DNA of 64,000 nt from Candidatus Dojkabacteria bacterium (GTDB lineage: Bacteria; Patescibacteriota; Dojkabacteria; B142; OLB20). Below the pieces are notes generated by a model that did no database searches, was not told the DNA's origin, and saw nothing but the letters and a program-made list of their open reading frames with translations. Position numbers and translations under genes: made by a program. The stretch spans positions 1,042,209-1,106,208 of the forward strand of contig CP129475.1 in assembly GCA_030583785.1 (NCBI GenBank). Direction: 5' to 3'. This document shows positions 1 to 9,182 of this stretch, piece by piece (position 1 is the stretch's first letter; each line of letters starts with the position of its first letter).

Positions 1-584
1 GAGATAATAACTGATCTTGTGAATCGGCTTGCATTGTTTGCAAGAATTTCTTCAAGTGCTGCTAAATCAAAATGTGGAAAAACAAGTTTTTGTTCAGAAG
101 GAAGGTTTGCAAGTCTAATTCCGTCAATAATGCTTCTGTGATTTAGTTCGTCTGAGATAACCAAGGTATTGTTATCTACTAGTGAGTCTTTACTTTGTCC
201 TTTGCTCAAACTAAAGATTGCTGCCAGATTGGCTGCAAAAGCTGAAGAAAACACGATAGCGTCTTCACGGTTATGGAATTTTGCTAGCGATTTCTCTAAT
301 TGTCTATGAATATCAAAAGAACCGGAAATAAATCTGACTGCACCCGGGCCTGTTCCGTATCTTTCTGAGGCTTCGTGTTCGGCTTCAATTAGGGATCTGT
401 TATGTCTAAGTCCAAGATAGTCGTTTGAGTTGAAGATCGTATACTTGTTGCCATCGATAATTGTCTGAGTTGGTTTGTCTTTGATAAAGCCACTGATTAG
501 CTTTTCCTGTCGTTTTGTACTGTGGGCACTATCGATTCTGGCAACTTCTGCTGCTAAGGATTTAAAGAATTTTTGTTTTGACAT
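1..584 (-). CDS. kbl: 2-amino-3-ketobutyrate CoA ligase (glycine C-acetyltransferase). The N-terminal ~194 aa are in the window; the C-terminus runs off the left edge.
   Basis: Minus-strand translation from the ATG at 584 gives MSKQKFFKSLAAEVARID...YLGLRHNRSLIEAEHEASERYGTGPGAVRFISGSF...ISDELNHRSIIDGIRL. This is the typical N-terminus of the alpha-oxoamine synthase family (Kbl/BioF). It sits next to a tdh-like gene. It is absent from the ORF track because it has no in-window stop. Confidence 0.8.
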   Translation of the reverse strand, partial: MSKQKFFKSLAAEVARIDSAHSTKRQEKLISGFIKDKPTQTIIDGNKYTIFNSNDYLGLRHNRSLIEAEHEASERYGTGPGAVRFISGSFDIHRQLEKSLAKFHNREDAIVFSSAFAANLAAIFSLSKGQSKDSLVDNNTLVISDELNHRSIIDGIRLANLPSEQKLVFPHFDLAALEEILANNASRFTRSVII

Positions 585-605
585 GTTGTTTTTGTAATTT
601 GTTAA

Positions 606-1547
606 TTATTTCTCTAGTTTTGTTTTAATGCCATTGTACAAGGCCTGAGTCATTTCTGTGATGCCAAAATTGTGTTTCCATCCCCAGTCCGTTCTTGCTT
701 GCGAATCATCGATTGAATGTGGCCATGACTCAGCAATCGCCTGTCTAAAATCCGGTTTATAAGAAATCTTAAAGTCCGGAGAGATTATTAGAATTTCATC
801 GACAAGTTCTTGAGGAGTAAAGTTAATTGCGGCAAAGTTATAGCTGGTTCTAATAGAGATCTTTTCAGATGGTGCCTGCATAAGTGCAATTGTGCCAGAT
901 ATAGCATCATCCATGTACATCATCGGTAGTCGTGTGTCTGCTTTCAGGAAGCATTGATAGGAATTATTTTGCAACAATCCATAAAAGATATGTATTGCAT
1001 ATTCTGTAGTTCCGTCACCGGGTTTTGCTTTGTAACCGTTTAGTCCCGGATACCTAAGGCTACGAACATCGACCCCGTATTTCTTGTGGTAGTATTGGCA
1101 GAGAAGTTCGCCACTGACCTTATTTACTCCGTACATTGTGGTTGGTTCAAGTACGGTATGTTGAGGGACATTTGTTTTGGGAGTAGTTGGACCAAAAGCT
1201 GCAATTGAACTTGGCCAAAAAACTCGAAGTTTATGTTCTACTGCCAGATCCAGTACATATCTTAATCCATTAACATTGACATCCCAAGCTAGGGATGGAT
1301 TCTTTTCTCCACCGGCAGAAAGAAGCCCTGCTAGATGATATATTTCGTCAATGTCGTATTTTTTAATTAGCGATTCTAATAAGGTCTTGTCGGTTACATC
1401 GCCTTTTTCTAGGATTCCGTCAAATTCTTCACTTATGGTTTCGCGAGCCAGAGCAACAACACTTTCTTTACCATGTATCTTTTGTAGCTCAGGAACAAGA
1501 TCGCTGCCTACAAGACCAAATGCACCGGTAACTAGGATTCTGGACAT
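606..1547 (-). CDS. tdh: NAD-dependent epimerase/dehydratase family protein, probably L-threonine 3-dehydrogenase (SDR type). The ORF track's start at 1589 is an alternative.
   Basis: Rossmann motif ILVTGAFGLVGSDL next to an internal Met. The YxxxK region and overall pattern resemble UDP-glucose-4-epimerase-like TDH. It is adjacent to kbl, the classic tdh-kbl pair. Start at 1547 versus 1589 is uncertain, and 1589 lies inside a perfect palindrome. Confidence 0.7.
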   Translation of the reverse strand: MSRILVTGAFGLVGSDLVPELQKIHGKESVVALARETISEEFDGILEKGDVTDKTLLESLIKKYDIDEIYHLAGLLSAGGEKNPSLAWDVNVNGLRYVLDLAVEHKLRVFWPSSIAAFGPTTPKTNVPQHTVLEPTTMYGVNKVSGELLCQYYHKKYGVDVRSLRYPGLNGYKAKPGDGTTEYAIHIFYGLLQNNSYQCFLKADTRLPMMYMDDAISGTIALMQAPSEKISIRTSYNFAAINFTPQELVDEILIISPDFKISYKPDFRQAIAESWPHSIDDSQARTDWGWKHNFGITEMTQALYNGIKTKLEK

Positions 1548-1567
1548 AGATAGAGGATAACAATTAA

Positions 1568-1593
1568 GGTCATGGCGCAATTGCGCCATGACC
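1568..1593. promoter_or_regulatory. Perfect 26-bp inverted repeat GGTCATGGCGCAATTGCGCCATGACC in the divergent tdh / M20 intergenic region. Candidate operator or RNA hairpin.
   Basis: Read directly from the sequence. It has an 11-bp stem with a 4-nt centre and is GC-rich in an AT-rich spacer. Confidence 0.4.
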
Positions 1594-1697
1594 TATCTTA
1601 CAACTTACCCAGATTAATTTCCAGTCACTAATAAGTTGCTGAGAATTAAGCTATTAGGAGAGTTTGTTATATAATCTGTCTATTAAAATGCATTGCT

Positions 1698-3104
1698 GTG
1701 GGAATCGATCGGTTGCTAGGAACTCACAATCAATTATATGAACATAAGCCTTCAGCAGGTCTTAGTTTGGTTCCGCCAATTGATGCAGATCAGGTCAGAA
1801 GCTTTCTTGGTAAAAGTCATTTCTGGGAAGATGAAAATCTTCCTAATATTATTGCGGGTATTCTAGCAAGACTAGCTTTTTTCGATACCCAAACTACAAT
1901 ATATACTGATCCAAAACCTGGAGAAACAATTGGTAGAAGAAAAGATAATATGGTCGGTGGAAGCGACTTTGAAAGAGCTTATCTATTTCTCGAAGAAATA
2001 TTCGGAATCCACGAAGCTGATTCTGAAGTCGGAATTCAGTATTTTCCAGGGACGATTAATCCTCAAAGAAAGGGAGCTATTATATATCCCAAAGATTTGG
2101 AAGAAATAATCGAAAGGGTTGATAGTGTCTATTTCGCAGATGATGAAGTTGAGCCAATTGATCTATATCGACCAGTTATCCATTTTCATCTGGATACGGT
2201 AAGTGTAAATAATCAGAAAGGAAGTCTAGCGACACTTGAGACTCATATTGATAAGGAAACTGGATTAATCTATACAAGAGGAGCAAATGATATGAAAGGC
2301 CAAACTGCACTTGCGGCAGTTGTGATGGAAATGTGCAAACAAAACAACCTTCCGTTGCCCGTATTTCTAATTACCACAGACGAAGAGAAGGCAGGCAAAA
2401 ATGGAGGAACCAAACTAGCAAATTCTGTTAAGGGTAATGTATTCATAGATTGGGAGCCGGTTGCCGGGCTTGCAGGATGTTTTGTAAACGAAGTTGAACC
2501 AGTGCTGGGCGTAGGGCTAGGCACCTCCAGACAACTGGATTTAAAAGCTATGAAGCAAATACAATTAACTATCGGTCAGTTCTATTCTTCAGACCCGATA
2601 GCAAGTTGTAATGATCATGAGGTATTTGTATCTGTGAATCCTTCAAATTTTAATGAGCCTTCTAGAGCTACAATGGGAACCCTGCTTGCGATTCTTAGGA
2701 AGTATGCTAAGGGTGTTGAAGATCCAGGTATTTGCTATTATATCGATAATGAAAAGAAAAGGACCTCATACCTCAAAAAGCCACTTCTTTCAATTGTCGC
2801 TCAAGCTCTCAAGAACCACTATCCTTTACAAAAATCAGATCGACAGATCACTCGAGGTTCAAACACTAAGTTGCTAGGTGGTGTTTTTGGTCGTAGATTC
2901 AGGAGAGGAGCTTTTACAGGTAACATCAATACAATAGGTTTCTTTAATAAAGAGAGTATAAGTAATTATCTTGTCATGGGCGTTGACGAGGCGGGAGGTG
3001 GAAGGCACAGTAGTACAGAAGCTGTTTATCTACATCAATTAGTTCAGCTTCTTTTTACGACCTATAAGATTATTGAGCTTCTGAAGGCAGAAGATCAGAT
3101 TTGA
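1698..3104 (+). CDS. M20 family metallopeptidase/deacylase-like protein. The GTG start is uncertain; an internal Met start is possible.
   Basis: M20 motifs are present: HFHLDTVSV (HxDxV), GANDMKGQ (metal-binding Asp) and ITTDEEKAG (catalytic EE). Confidence 0.65.
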   Translation: MGIDRLLGTHNQLYEHKPSAGLSLVPPIDADQVRSFLGKSHFWEDENLPNIIAGILARLAFFDTQTTIYTDPKPGETIGRRKDNMVGGSDFERAYLFLEEIFGIHEADSEVGIQYFPGTINPQRKGAIIYPKDLEEIIERVDSVYFADDEVEPIDLYRPVIHFHLDTVSVNNQKGSLATLETHIDKETGLIYTRGANDMKGQTALAAVVMEMCKQNNLPLPVFLITTDEEKAGKNGGTKLANSVKGNVFIDWEPVAGLAGCFVNEVEPVLGVGLGTSRQLDLKAMKQIQLTIGQFYSSDPIASCNDHEVFVSVNPSNFNEPSRATMGTLLAILRKYAKGVEDPGICYYIDNEKKRTSYLKKPLLSIVAQALKNHYPLQKSDRQITRGSNTKLLGGVFGRRFRRGAFTGNINTIGFFNKESISNYLVMGVDEAGGGRHSSTEAVYLHQLVQLLFTTYKIIELLKAEDQI

Positions 3105-3146
3105 GTCTTTGTAAGCAGCCATTGTATAATGTCCTGCCATGAAGTT

Positions 3147-3218
3147 GGCCCTATCGTCTAACGGTTAGGACACAAGATTCTCAATCTTGCAATCGGGGTT
3201 CGATTCCCCGTAGGGTCA
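3147..3218 (+). tRNA. tRNA-Glu (anticodon CUC)
   Basis: Cloverleaf folded by hand: acceptor GGCCCTA/TAGGGTC, anticodon stem CAAGA/TCTTG with loop TTCTCAA, T-arm CGGGG-TTCGATT-CCCCG, 4-nt variable loop, and no encoded CCA. Confidence 0.85.
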
Positions 3219-3242
3219 TATAATCTTAAAGGTTTAATTAGA

Positions 3243-3755
3243 ATGGATTACACATTTCTTTTACTGCTTGTCGCTATTGCCTTCCTTGTATTTATTTTTC
3301 GAGAAAAGCTTTTGGGATCTAAGGTGCAAGAGCTATTTCCGTATAGTAAAAAGGAATATTTCTTAAATATTCCAGAGAGGAAGTTGTACTCCGAAATCAA
3401 TTCTATACTTCCTACTGATTTTGTTATCGTTCCCCAAGTCTTAATGAGTAGCATTGTTCAAGTTACGACTAAGAATAAAGATTTCTGGACATACCAAAAT
3501 AAAATTAATCGGAAAACAGTAGATTTCGTCATTTTTGATAGTATTTATCTAAAACCAATCTTAGTGATTGAATATGACGGTAAGAGTCACGCTCGAAAAG
3601 ATAGAGTATCTAGAGATACTTTTGTTGAAACAGTATTACAGAATGTTGAGATAGAATTTGTACGCATTGCTCACCATAAAAATCTTAACTATAAGGATAT
3701 CGCTGGACAAATCGTAGATTTTCTAAATAGTGCGGAGCCTCAGCAAGCTAACTAA
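3243..3755 (+). CDS. DUF2726-like protein (restriction-endonuclease-like fold) with an N-terminal transmembrane helix
   Basis: KTVDFVIFD...PILVIEYDGKSHARKDRVSRDTFVETVLQNVEIEFVRI matches the DUF2726 core pattern (DFv...IElDdssH...rD.fvd..l...gi.l.R). Confidence 0.55.
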   Translation: MDYTFLLLLVAIAFLVFIFREKLLGSKVQELFPYSKKEYFLNIPERKLYSEINSILPTDFVIVPQVLMSSIVQVTTKNKDFWTYQNKINRKTVDFVIFDSIYLKPILVIEYDGKSHARKDRVSRDTFVETVLQNVEIEFVRIAHHKNLNYKDIAGQIVDFLNSAEPQQAN

Positions 3756-3788
3756 CACCCCTTGCATCTTTTTTAGTTAAATAATATT

Positions 3789-3809
3789 ATATCCCCTATA
3801 GGGGGATAT
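3789..3809. promoter_or_regulatory. Candidate CsoR operator: inverted repeat ATATCCCC-TATA-GGGG(G)ATAT ending 3 nt before the csoR start
   Basis: A GC-core pseudo-palindrome flanked by AT, the style of known CsoR operators. Its position is consistent with autoregulation of the csoR-HMA-copA operon. Confidence 0.5.
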
Positions 3810-3811
3810 TT

Positions 3812-4087
3812 ATGAATCATAAACACGATAAAAGCGCTAAAACACGAGCCATTCACAGGATTAAAATCGTTAAAGGTCATTTGACTAAAATCCAGAAAAT
3901 GCTGGATAACGATGAGTACTGTGTTGGTATTGTGCATCAATCTCGCGCTGTGCAAAGTGCGCTTAAAAAACTTGATAGCCTGATCATCGAAAACCATCTT
4001 AAGACTTGTGTAATCGATCAAATACAAAATGGAGAAGAGGATCGAGTTGTGGCTGAACTGTTAAAATTATTTGATTACAAAGATTAA
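3812..4087 (+). CDS. csoR: CsoR/RcnR-family metal-sensing transcriptional repressor (copper)
   Basis: RAIHRIKIVKGHLTKIQKMLDNDEYCVGIVHQSRAVQSALKKLDSLIIENHLKTCV matches the CsoR pattern (R.RRIeGQvrgi.rMie.d.YC.diL.Q..Av..AL......ll.H...C). Confidence 0.85.
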   Translation: MNHKHDKSAKTRAIHRIKIVKGHLTKIQKMLDNDEYCVGIVHQSRAVQSALKKLDSLIIENHLKTCVIDQIQNGEEDRVVAELLKLFDYKD

Positions 4088-4091
4088 TAAT

Positions 4092-5501
4092 ATGTCAAAA
4101 CTTAAGGAATGCGTGTTATATGTGGATGGAATGCACTGTGCTGCCTGCGAAGTTTTAATCGAAAAAAAATTACTGGAGCAGTCCGGAGTAGAATCAGTAG
4201 ATGCCTCCTTGAAGGGCGCAAAAGTAACAGTACACTATTCTGGTGATAAAAAACCAAGTTTGCAAAGACTTAACAAGGAATTCGCAGGTTCGGGTTATGT
4301 GTTTTCTGAACAAAAAAGCTTCTCTAAAAGGCAAAGCTTAATATCAATCAAGAACGGTAAGCTGGTTTTGGATAAAGCCAGTTTCTATGGATTTTCAAGA
4401 GCTATCCTTCTAGCTGCAATTATCCTTGCTGCTTTCTTTATATTTGAAAGTCTTCACATCGGTCAGTTTGTAAGTATAGATGCATCATCTTCTCTGCCTG
4501 CATTTTTTGTTCTTGGGCTTGTAGCAGGAATATCTAGTTGTGCGGCTTTAATTGGCGGGTTGCTCTTGTCAATGACCAAGCAATGGCACGAGATTTACGC
4601 TCAGGCAGATGCCAGGACAGAAAGATCCAAACCGCATATAATGTTCCATCTCGGTAGAATAGTATCTTTTGCACTGCTTGGTGGTTTGTTAGGGCTTGCA
4701 GGTGAAACTATCTCGTTAAGTAATACAGTAGTTTTCTCTCTGTTAACTATTCTTGTATCACTTGTAATGTTGATCTTAGCTTTGCAAATGATAGGCGTTG
4801 AGTGGGCTCATAAATTTAGGTTAACCACTCCGAAATTTCTTTCCAGATTTGTTGCTGACGAGACCAATTTTCAAGGAAGGTATATGCCGGCAGTGATTGG
4901 AGCACTTACATTTATTCTTCCTTGTGGCTTTACATTAACAGCGCAAACAATTGCGCTGGCAAGTGGCTCTTTCCTACAGGGATCTCTAATTATGTTGTTC
5001 TTTGCACTGGGAACCTTTATTCCTCTAATGGGAATAAGTCTGGGCGGACTAATCTTCAACTCAAAAAAATCGTTAAGTCATAAATTTAATCTTGTTGCAG
5101 GAATCCTGGTTTTGTTTTTTGTTGTATACAACATCAATGGTCAGCTAAATGTCCTTGGACTCCCAAGTCTAAGCGATTTAATGACAACTTCACAGCAGGA
5201 TCAAGGTGTTGCTGGTAACGATGAGGATGGGGTGCAAATAATTTCGATTACAGCTCAAGGATTTGAATATACGCCTACCAGCTCTTTAACCATAAAAGCA
5301 GGACTCCCAGCTAAATTGATTGTTGATAATCAAGGTATTCAAGGTTGTGGAGCATTTATTGCCGCAAACGGTTTGATAGATGACTTCGTTGCCTTGAAAA
5401 AAGGAATTAATGAAATCGATTTAGGTTTACCTGCCAAAGGAAGTTACAAACTTACCTGTTCTATGGGCATGGTTAAGCCACTTACTATAAATGTTATTTA
5501 A
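4092..5501 (+). CDS. Heavy-metal-associated (HMA) domain membrane protein with a DsbD/CcdA-like polytopic core and a C-terminal Cys/Met-containing soluble domain. The ORF-track start at 4071 overlaps csoR.
   Basis: N-terminal LYVDGMHCAACEV (GMxCxxC HMA motif). About six TM segments carry conserved Cys (ISSCAAL, ILPCGF) in a DsbD-like arrangement. A C-terminal domain ends ...YKLTCSMGMV. Confidence 0.6.
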   Translation: MSKLKECVLYVDGMHCAACEVLIEKKLLEQSGVESVDASLKGAKVTVHYSGDKKPSLQRLNKEFAGSGYVFSEQKSFSKRQSLISIKNGKLVLDKASFYGFSRAILLAAIILAAFFIFESLHIGQFVSIDASSSLPAFFVLGLVAGISSCAALIGGLLLSMTKQWHEIYAQADARTERSKPHIMFHLGRIVSFALLGGLLGLAGETISLSNTVVFSLLTILVSLVMLILALQMIGVEWAHKFRLTTPKFLSRFVADETNFQGRYMPAVIGALTFILPCGFTLTAQTIALASGSFLQGSLIMLFFALGTFIPLMGISLGGLIFNSKKSLSHKFNLVAGILVLFFVVYNINGQLNVLGLPSLSDLMTTSQQDQGVAGNDEDGVQIISITAQGFEYTPTSSLTIKAGLPAKLIVDNQGIQGCGAFIAANGLIDDFVALKKGINEIDLGLPAKGSYKLTCSMGMVKPLTINVI

Positions 5502-5508
5502 ATGTTAG

Positions 5509-7818
5509 ATGGTTAAAAAGACTTTTCCAGTGATCGGTATTCATTGTGCTGCATGTAAGCAACTTCTGGAGAAAAGCGTCGGGTCGCTTGACGGTGTGTC
5601 CAAGGTCCATGTCAATTTTGCCACAGAAAACATAACCATTGAGTTCGACGAAACAAAAGTAAGCAATGGTGATCTTGAGCTTGCAGTTAGTAGCGTCGGA
5701 AAATACAGGTTGATCATCGAAGACCAACCTAAAGATCATCATGCCAAAATGCTCAAACAAGATGAATATAAAAGACAACTGAAAATCTTCAGATATGTTC
5801 TTCTAGGTAGTCTCCCGTTCTTTGTGATTATGCTCTTAATGTTTCTATCTCAGCTTGGACTTATAGAACTTGATCATAAACCTTTAGGAAAAATTATGTT
5901 CAGCGGAAGTGATTACGAAATCAATCTCTTTTTCCTAATTCAATTTCTGATTGCCACTCCATTGGTTTTTCTGGGGGGCAGGGATATTTTTGTGAGCGCT
6001 TATAATGCCTTGCGTGCAAGGACGGCAAACATGGACAGCCTGATTGCTCTGGGTACGGGCGCAGCGTGGTTGTTTTCGACTATCGTTACCTTTGTGCCTG
6101 ATGCTTTTTCCGAAATAAATGCCGATGTCTTCTTTGAAGCTGCGGTTTTTATCATCCTGTTTATTTTGCTTGGCCGACTTCTTGAAGCTAAGGCTAAAGG
6201 GCAGGCAAATGATGCAATCACAAAATTGCTTGAATTGCAGGCAAAAGATGCGACGGTAATTAGAGATGGCATAGAGGTCAGAATCCCAATCGAGCAGGTA
6301 ATAGTCGGAGATATTATTGTTGTTAGACCTGGTGAAAAAATCCCGGTTGATGGTGTTATCACTGAAGGTTCATCTACTCTTAACGAATCAATGGTTACCG
6401 GCGAATCTATTCCGGTTACAAAAAGTGCAGGAGATCAAGTAATAGGCTCCACAATTAACAAAACGAGCAGTTTTAAGTATAAGGCTGAAAAAGTTGGCAG
6501 CGATACTATGCTTGCCCAGATTATACAATTAGTTGAAGAAGCTCAAGGCACTACTGCTCCAATTCAAAAACTAGCCGATCAGGTATCTTCGGTTTTTGTC
6601 CCAATAATTATCCTTATCTCTATTACGGCTTTAGTATTTTGGTTGCTGATCGCTCCGCAGCTAGGTCTGATATATCCAGAAATAAATCCACTTAGACTTG
6701 CAGTTTATATTGCCGTAACAATTCTAATCATAGCCTGTCCCTGTGCTTTGGGACTAGCAACTCCAACGGCTTTAATGGTTGGAACAGGAAAAGCAGCCAG
6801 CAAGGGGATTTTAGTTAAGAATGCTCAGGCCTTAGAATATGCTCACAAAATAGACACCTTAATCTTTGATAAGACTGGTACTCTCACCAAAGGGTTCCCC
6901 GAAGTAAAAGAATTCATTTCTATCGATTCCAGTAAAAATGATGAAATCCTAAATCTGGCACATGCGGTAGAACATTTATCCGAACATCCTCTGTCTTTAG
7001 CAATAGAGAAATACGCGTTGGCAAATACAAAATCAATAGATAAGCAATCAAAAGTAAATGATTTTAAAATGCTTGAAGGACTTGGAGTCGAGGGAAAAGT
7101 TGGTAAAAACTCTGTTTCCATAGGGAACGCCAAACTAATGAATCTAAAACAAGTCTCTATTCAGCCAGAACTTGGTAAAAAGTCAGAAGAACTAACAAGA
7201 CTCGGCATGACAGTTATTTATCTGGCAGTGAATAATAATCATCTGGCAATTTTTGCCATTGCCGACACTATAAAAGAAGAATCTAAAGAAATAATTGAGA
7301 AGATTAAAAGCTTTGGGATTAAAACGGTCATGCTTACCGGAGACAATGAAGGTGCAGCAAATTACATTGCCAGGTCGCTTTCCTTGGATCAAGTATATGC
7401 AGATGTTTTGCCTGCAGAGAAATCACAGATAGTAAGCAGGTTGCGAGCAGAAAAAGGAGGGATAGTGGCAATGGTTGGTGACGGGATTAACGATGCTCTA
7501 GCACTTGCCAACGCAGATATCGGTATTGCTCTTGGTACAGGCACTGATATTGCTATTGAAGCTGCCGATATAGTTCTAATTAAAGGGAATTTACGAAAAG
7601 TATTGCAGACAATAGAACTATCGAATTCAACTCTAAGAGTAGTTAAACAGAACTTGATCTGGGCTTTTTCCTACAATGTTCTTGCGATTCCACTTGCTGC
7701 AGGAATATTATTTCCATTCACAGGGATTCTGCTTTCGCCTGTAATTGCAAGCGCAGCTATGGCATTCAGCTCTGTTTCGGTCGTTCTAAACAGCATAAGA
7801 TTAAAAGGCAAGATATAA
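5509..7818 (+). CDS. copA: Copper-translocating P1B-type ATPase
   Basis: N-terminal HMA (GIHCAACK), TM CPC motif ([13 protein letters not shown]), DKTGTLT phosphorylation site, and the GDGINDAL hinge. Confidence 0.95.
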   Translation: MVKKTFPVIGIHCAACKQLLEKSVGSLDGVSKVHVNFATENITIEFDETKVSNGDLELAVSSVGKYRLIIEDQPKDHHAKMLKQDEYKRQLKIFRYVLLGSLPFFVIMLLMFLSQLGLIELDHKPLGKIMFSGSDYEINLFFLIQFLIATPLVFLGGRDIFVSAYNALRARTANMDSLIALGTGAAWLFSTIVTFVPDAFSEINADVFFEAAVFIILFILLGRLLEAKAKGQANDAITKLLELQAKDATVIRDGIEVRIPIEQVIVGDIIVVRPGEKIPVDGVITEGSSTLNESMVTGESIPVTKSAGDQVIGSTINKTSSFKYKAEKVGSDTMLAQIIQLVEEAQGTTAPIQKLADQVSSVFVPIIILISITALVFWLLIAPQLGLIYPEINPLRLAVYIAVTILIIACPCALGLATPTALMVGTGKAASKGILVKNAQALEYAHKIDTLIFDKTGTLTKGFPEVKEFISIDSSKNDEILNLAHAVEHLSEHPLSLAIEKYALANTKSIDKQSKVNDFKMLEGLGVEGKVGKNSVSIGNAKLMNLKQVSIQPELGKKSEELTRLGMTVIYLAVNNNHLAIFAIADTIKEESKEIIEKIKSFGIKTVMLTGDNEGAANYIARSLSLDQVYADVLPAEKSQIVSRLRAEKGGIVAMVGDGINDALALANADIGIALGTGTDIAIEAADIVLIKGNLRKVLQTIELSNSTLRVVKQNLIWAFSYNVLAIPLAAGILFPFTGILLSPVIASAAMAFSSVSVVLNSIRLKGKI

Positions 7819-7895
7819 GACTCTAAATAAATCTCAATGAAGCGATTATGTTCTGGCGCATCCTCTGGATAACCTGTTCGGTAGGTTCAAAACAG

Positions 7896-8669
7896 CTAAT
7901 TGGTTCCCTCTTTTTTTGACTTTGCCAATTCTTCCTTTAATTCTTTCATTTTGAGTTCTCGATGTACCATAGTTTTGGCAATCTCTGCTGATTCAGCCGA
8001 TACTCTTTCTAACTCCTGATTCTTTTGAAGTAGCTCTGAACTAGTATACTCAAGTTTCTTGATGTATTCTCCAAGTCGCTTATTTGCTGCAGAAATCTCA
8101 TCTTTTTGTTTTTCTAAAGATCTCTCGCTTGCCTTCCAAGCAGTTGCAAGAAGGTATATTAAAACTGCTAAGGATAAGTAACTGGCTAGATATGATAAGA
8201 AGGCTCGTATAGAGAATCCGGAAATCTCTGAAATATTAAGAGCGAAGAAATGTGTTGTAATAACAAACAAATATGTGAATACTGCTAATAGGGATAGGCG
8301 ATTTCTATTCATAAAGATTACTACTGCCGGAAATAGAAATGTCCAATAGACATCTTCGCTGAAGAGTCCTCCGGTAAAGTAGATTACAAACGATGAGTAG
8401 AAAAAAAGAATTATAAGTAGATATTTCTCTGGTCGTTTGTAATTATCTCTGATCATTCTTAGGCTGAGGATTAAGCTTATTACGGTGGATATCCCTATGA
8501 GAAGTGCTAGGAAGTAGTCTGAGAATAAGATTGAGATAACGACATAAACAACCTGTGATATTGCTCCTATGAGCATGAATATACCGAAATACTTGTTTTG
8601 CATTGACTTTATATTGCTTACCACAAATAGTCTAATAATCGTATAGAAATATTCTTGCATACAATTCAA
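7896..8669 (-). CDS. Polytopic membrane protein (~6 TM) with a C-terminal coiled-coil tail. Function unknown.
   Basis: A hydrophobic N-terminal 170 aa is followed by a heptad-rich K/E tail (EKQKDEISAANKRLGEYIKKLEYTSSELLQKNQELERV...). Confidence 0.5.
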   Translation of the reverse strand: MNCMQEYFYTIIRLFVVSNIKSMQNKYFGIFMLIGAISQVVYVVISILFSDYFLALLIGISTVISLILSLRMIRDNYKRPEKYLLIILFFYSSFVIYFTGGLFSEDVYWTFLFPAVVIFMNRNRLSLLAVFTYLFVITTHFFALNISEISGFSIRAFLSYLASYLSLAVLIYLLATAWKASERSLEKQKDEISAANKRLGEYIKKLEYTSSELLQKNQELERVSAESAEIAKTMVHRELKMKELKEELAKSKKEGTN

Positions 8670-8816
8670 CCGATGTCATTAACGGTGATTATTGTATTTA
8701 TTTGTTTTATGTTATAATCTTTTCAGCTACTGAAGCGTGTTAATAAAAATGACTGCTTTGAGTGAATTCTCCCAAGTAATTTGGCGTAGCGTGATTTTAT
8801 TTAATTTAGTTAAACG

Positions 8817-9122
8817 ATGAACAGCAAATTATTTGTTGGAAATCTTAGCTGGAATGTCGACAACGAAATGCTTCGTGAGGCATTCAGCGCCGTAGGTACT
8901 GTTGTAGAAGCAGTAGTCATTGTTGACAAATTCAAGAACCGATCAAAAGGTTTCGGATTTGTTACCATGTCTTCAGCCGCAGAAGCAGAGGCAGCAGTTG
9001 CCGAGCTTAATGGCAAAGAGGTAGACGGCCGCCCAATCCGCGTTTCAATCGCAGAAGAGCGTAAAGACCGTGGTCCAAGAAACAACAATCGTGGAAACGA
9101 TGGTTTCAGCCTCGAAGGCTAA
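8817..9122 (+). CDS. RRM-type glycine-rich RNA-binding protein
   Basis: RNP2 LFVGNL and RNP1 KGFGFVTM, with an RGG/RNNNRGNDG tail. Confidence 0.9.
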   Translation: MNSKLFVGNLSWNVDNEMLREAFSAVGTVVEAVVIVDKFKNRSKGFGFVTMSSAAEAEAAVAELNGKEVDGRPIRVSIAEERKDRGPRNNNRGNDGFSLEG

Positions 9123-9141
9123 TCCACAACCGCAATTAAAA

Positions 9142-9164
9142 GGCCGGCTATGCCGGCCTTTTTT
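9142..9164. terminator. Bidirectional rho-independent terminator (GGCCGGC-TAT-GCCGGCC + T6) between the convergent RRM gene and carD
   Basis: A perfect 7-bp GC stem flanked by an A-run upstream and a T-run downstream. Confidence 0.7.
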
Positions 9165-9182
9165 ATGCTTTACATCTTTTTC

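Noticed and set aside
2270-2524. Numerous antisense or embedded ORFs of 60-150 aa (e.g. 2270-2524, 6000-6362, 8810-9088, 12589-12999, 18829-19251, 24485-25093, 25444-25878, 60808-61212)
   Set aside because: All lie within or opposite well-supported conserved genes (M20, copA, RRM, tuf, rplN/rplX, map/infA, rpsM, the glycogen-synthase-like gene). They have low-complexity, Ser/Leu-rich composition typical of antisense frames.
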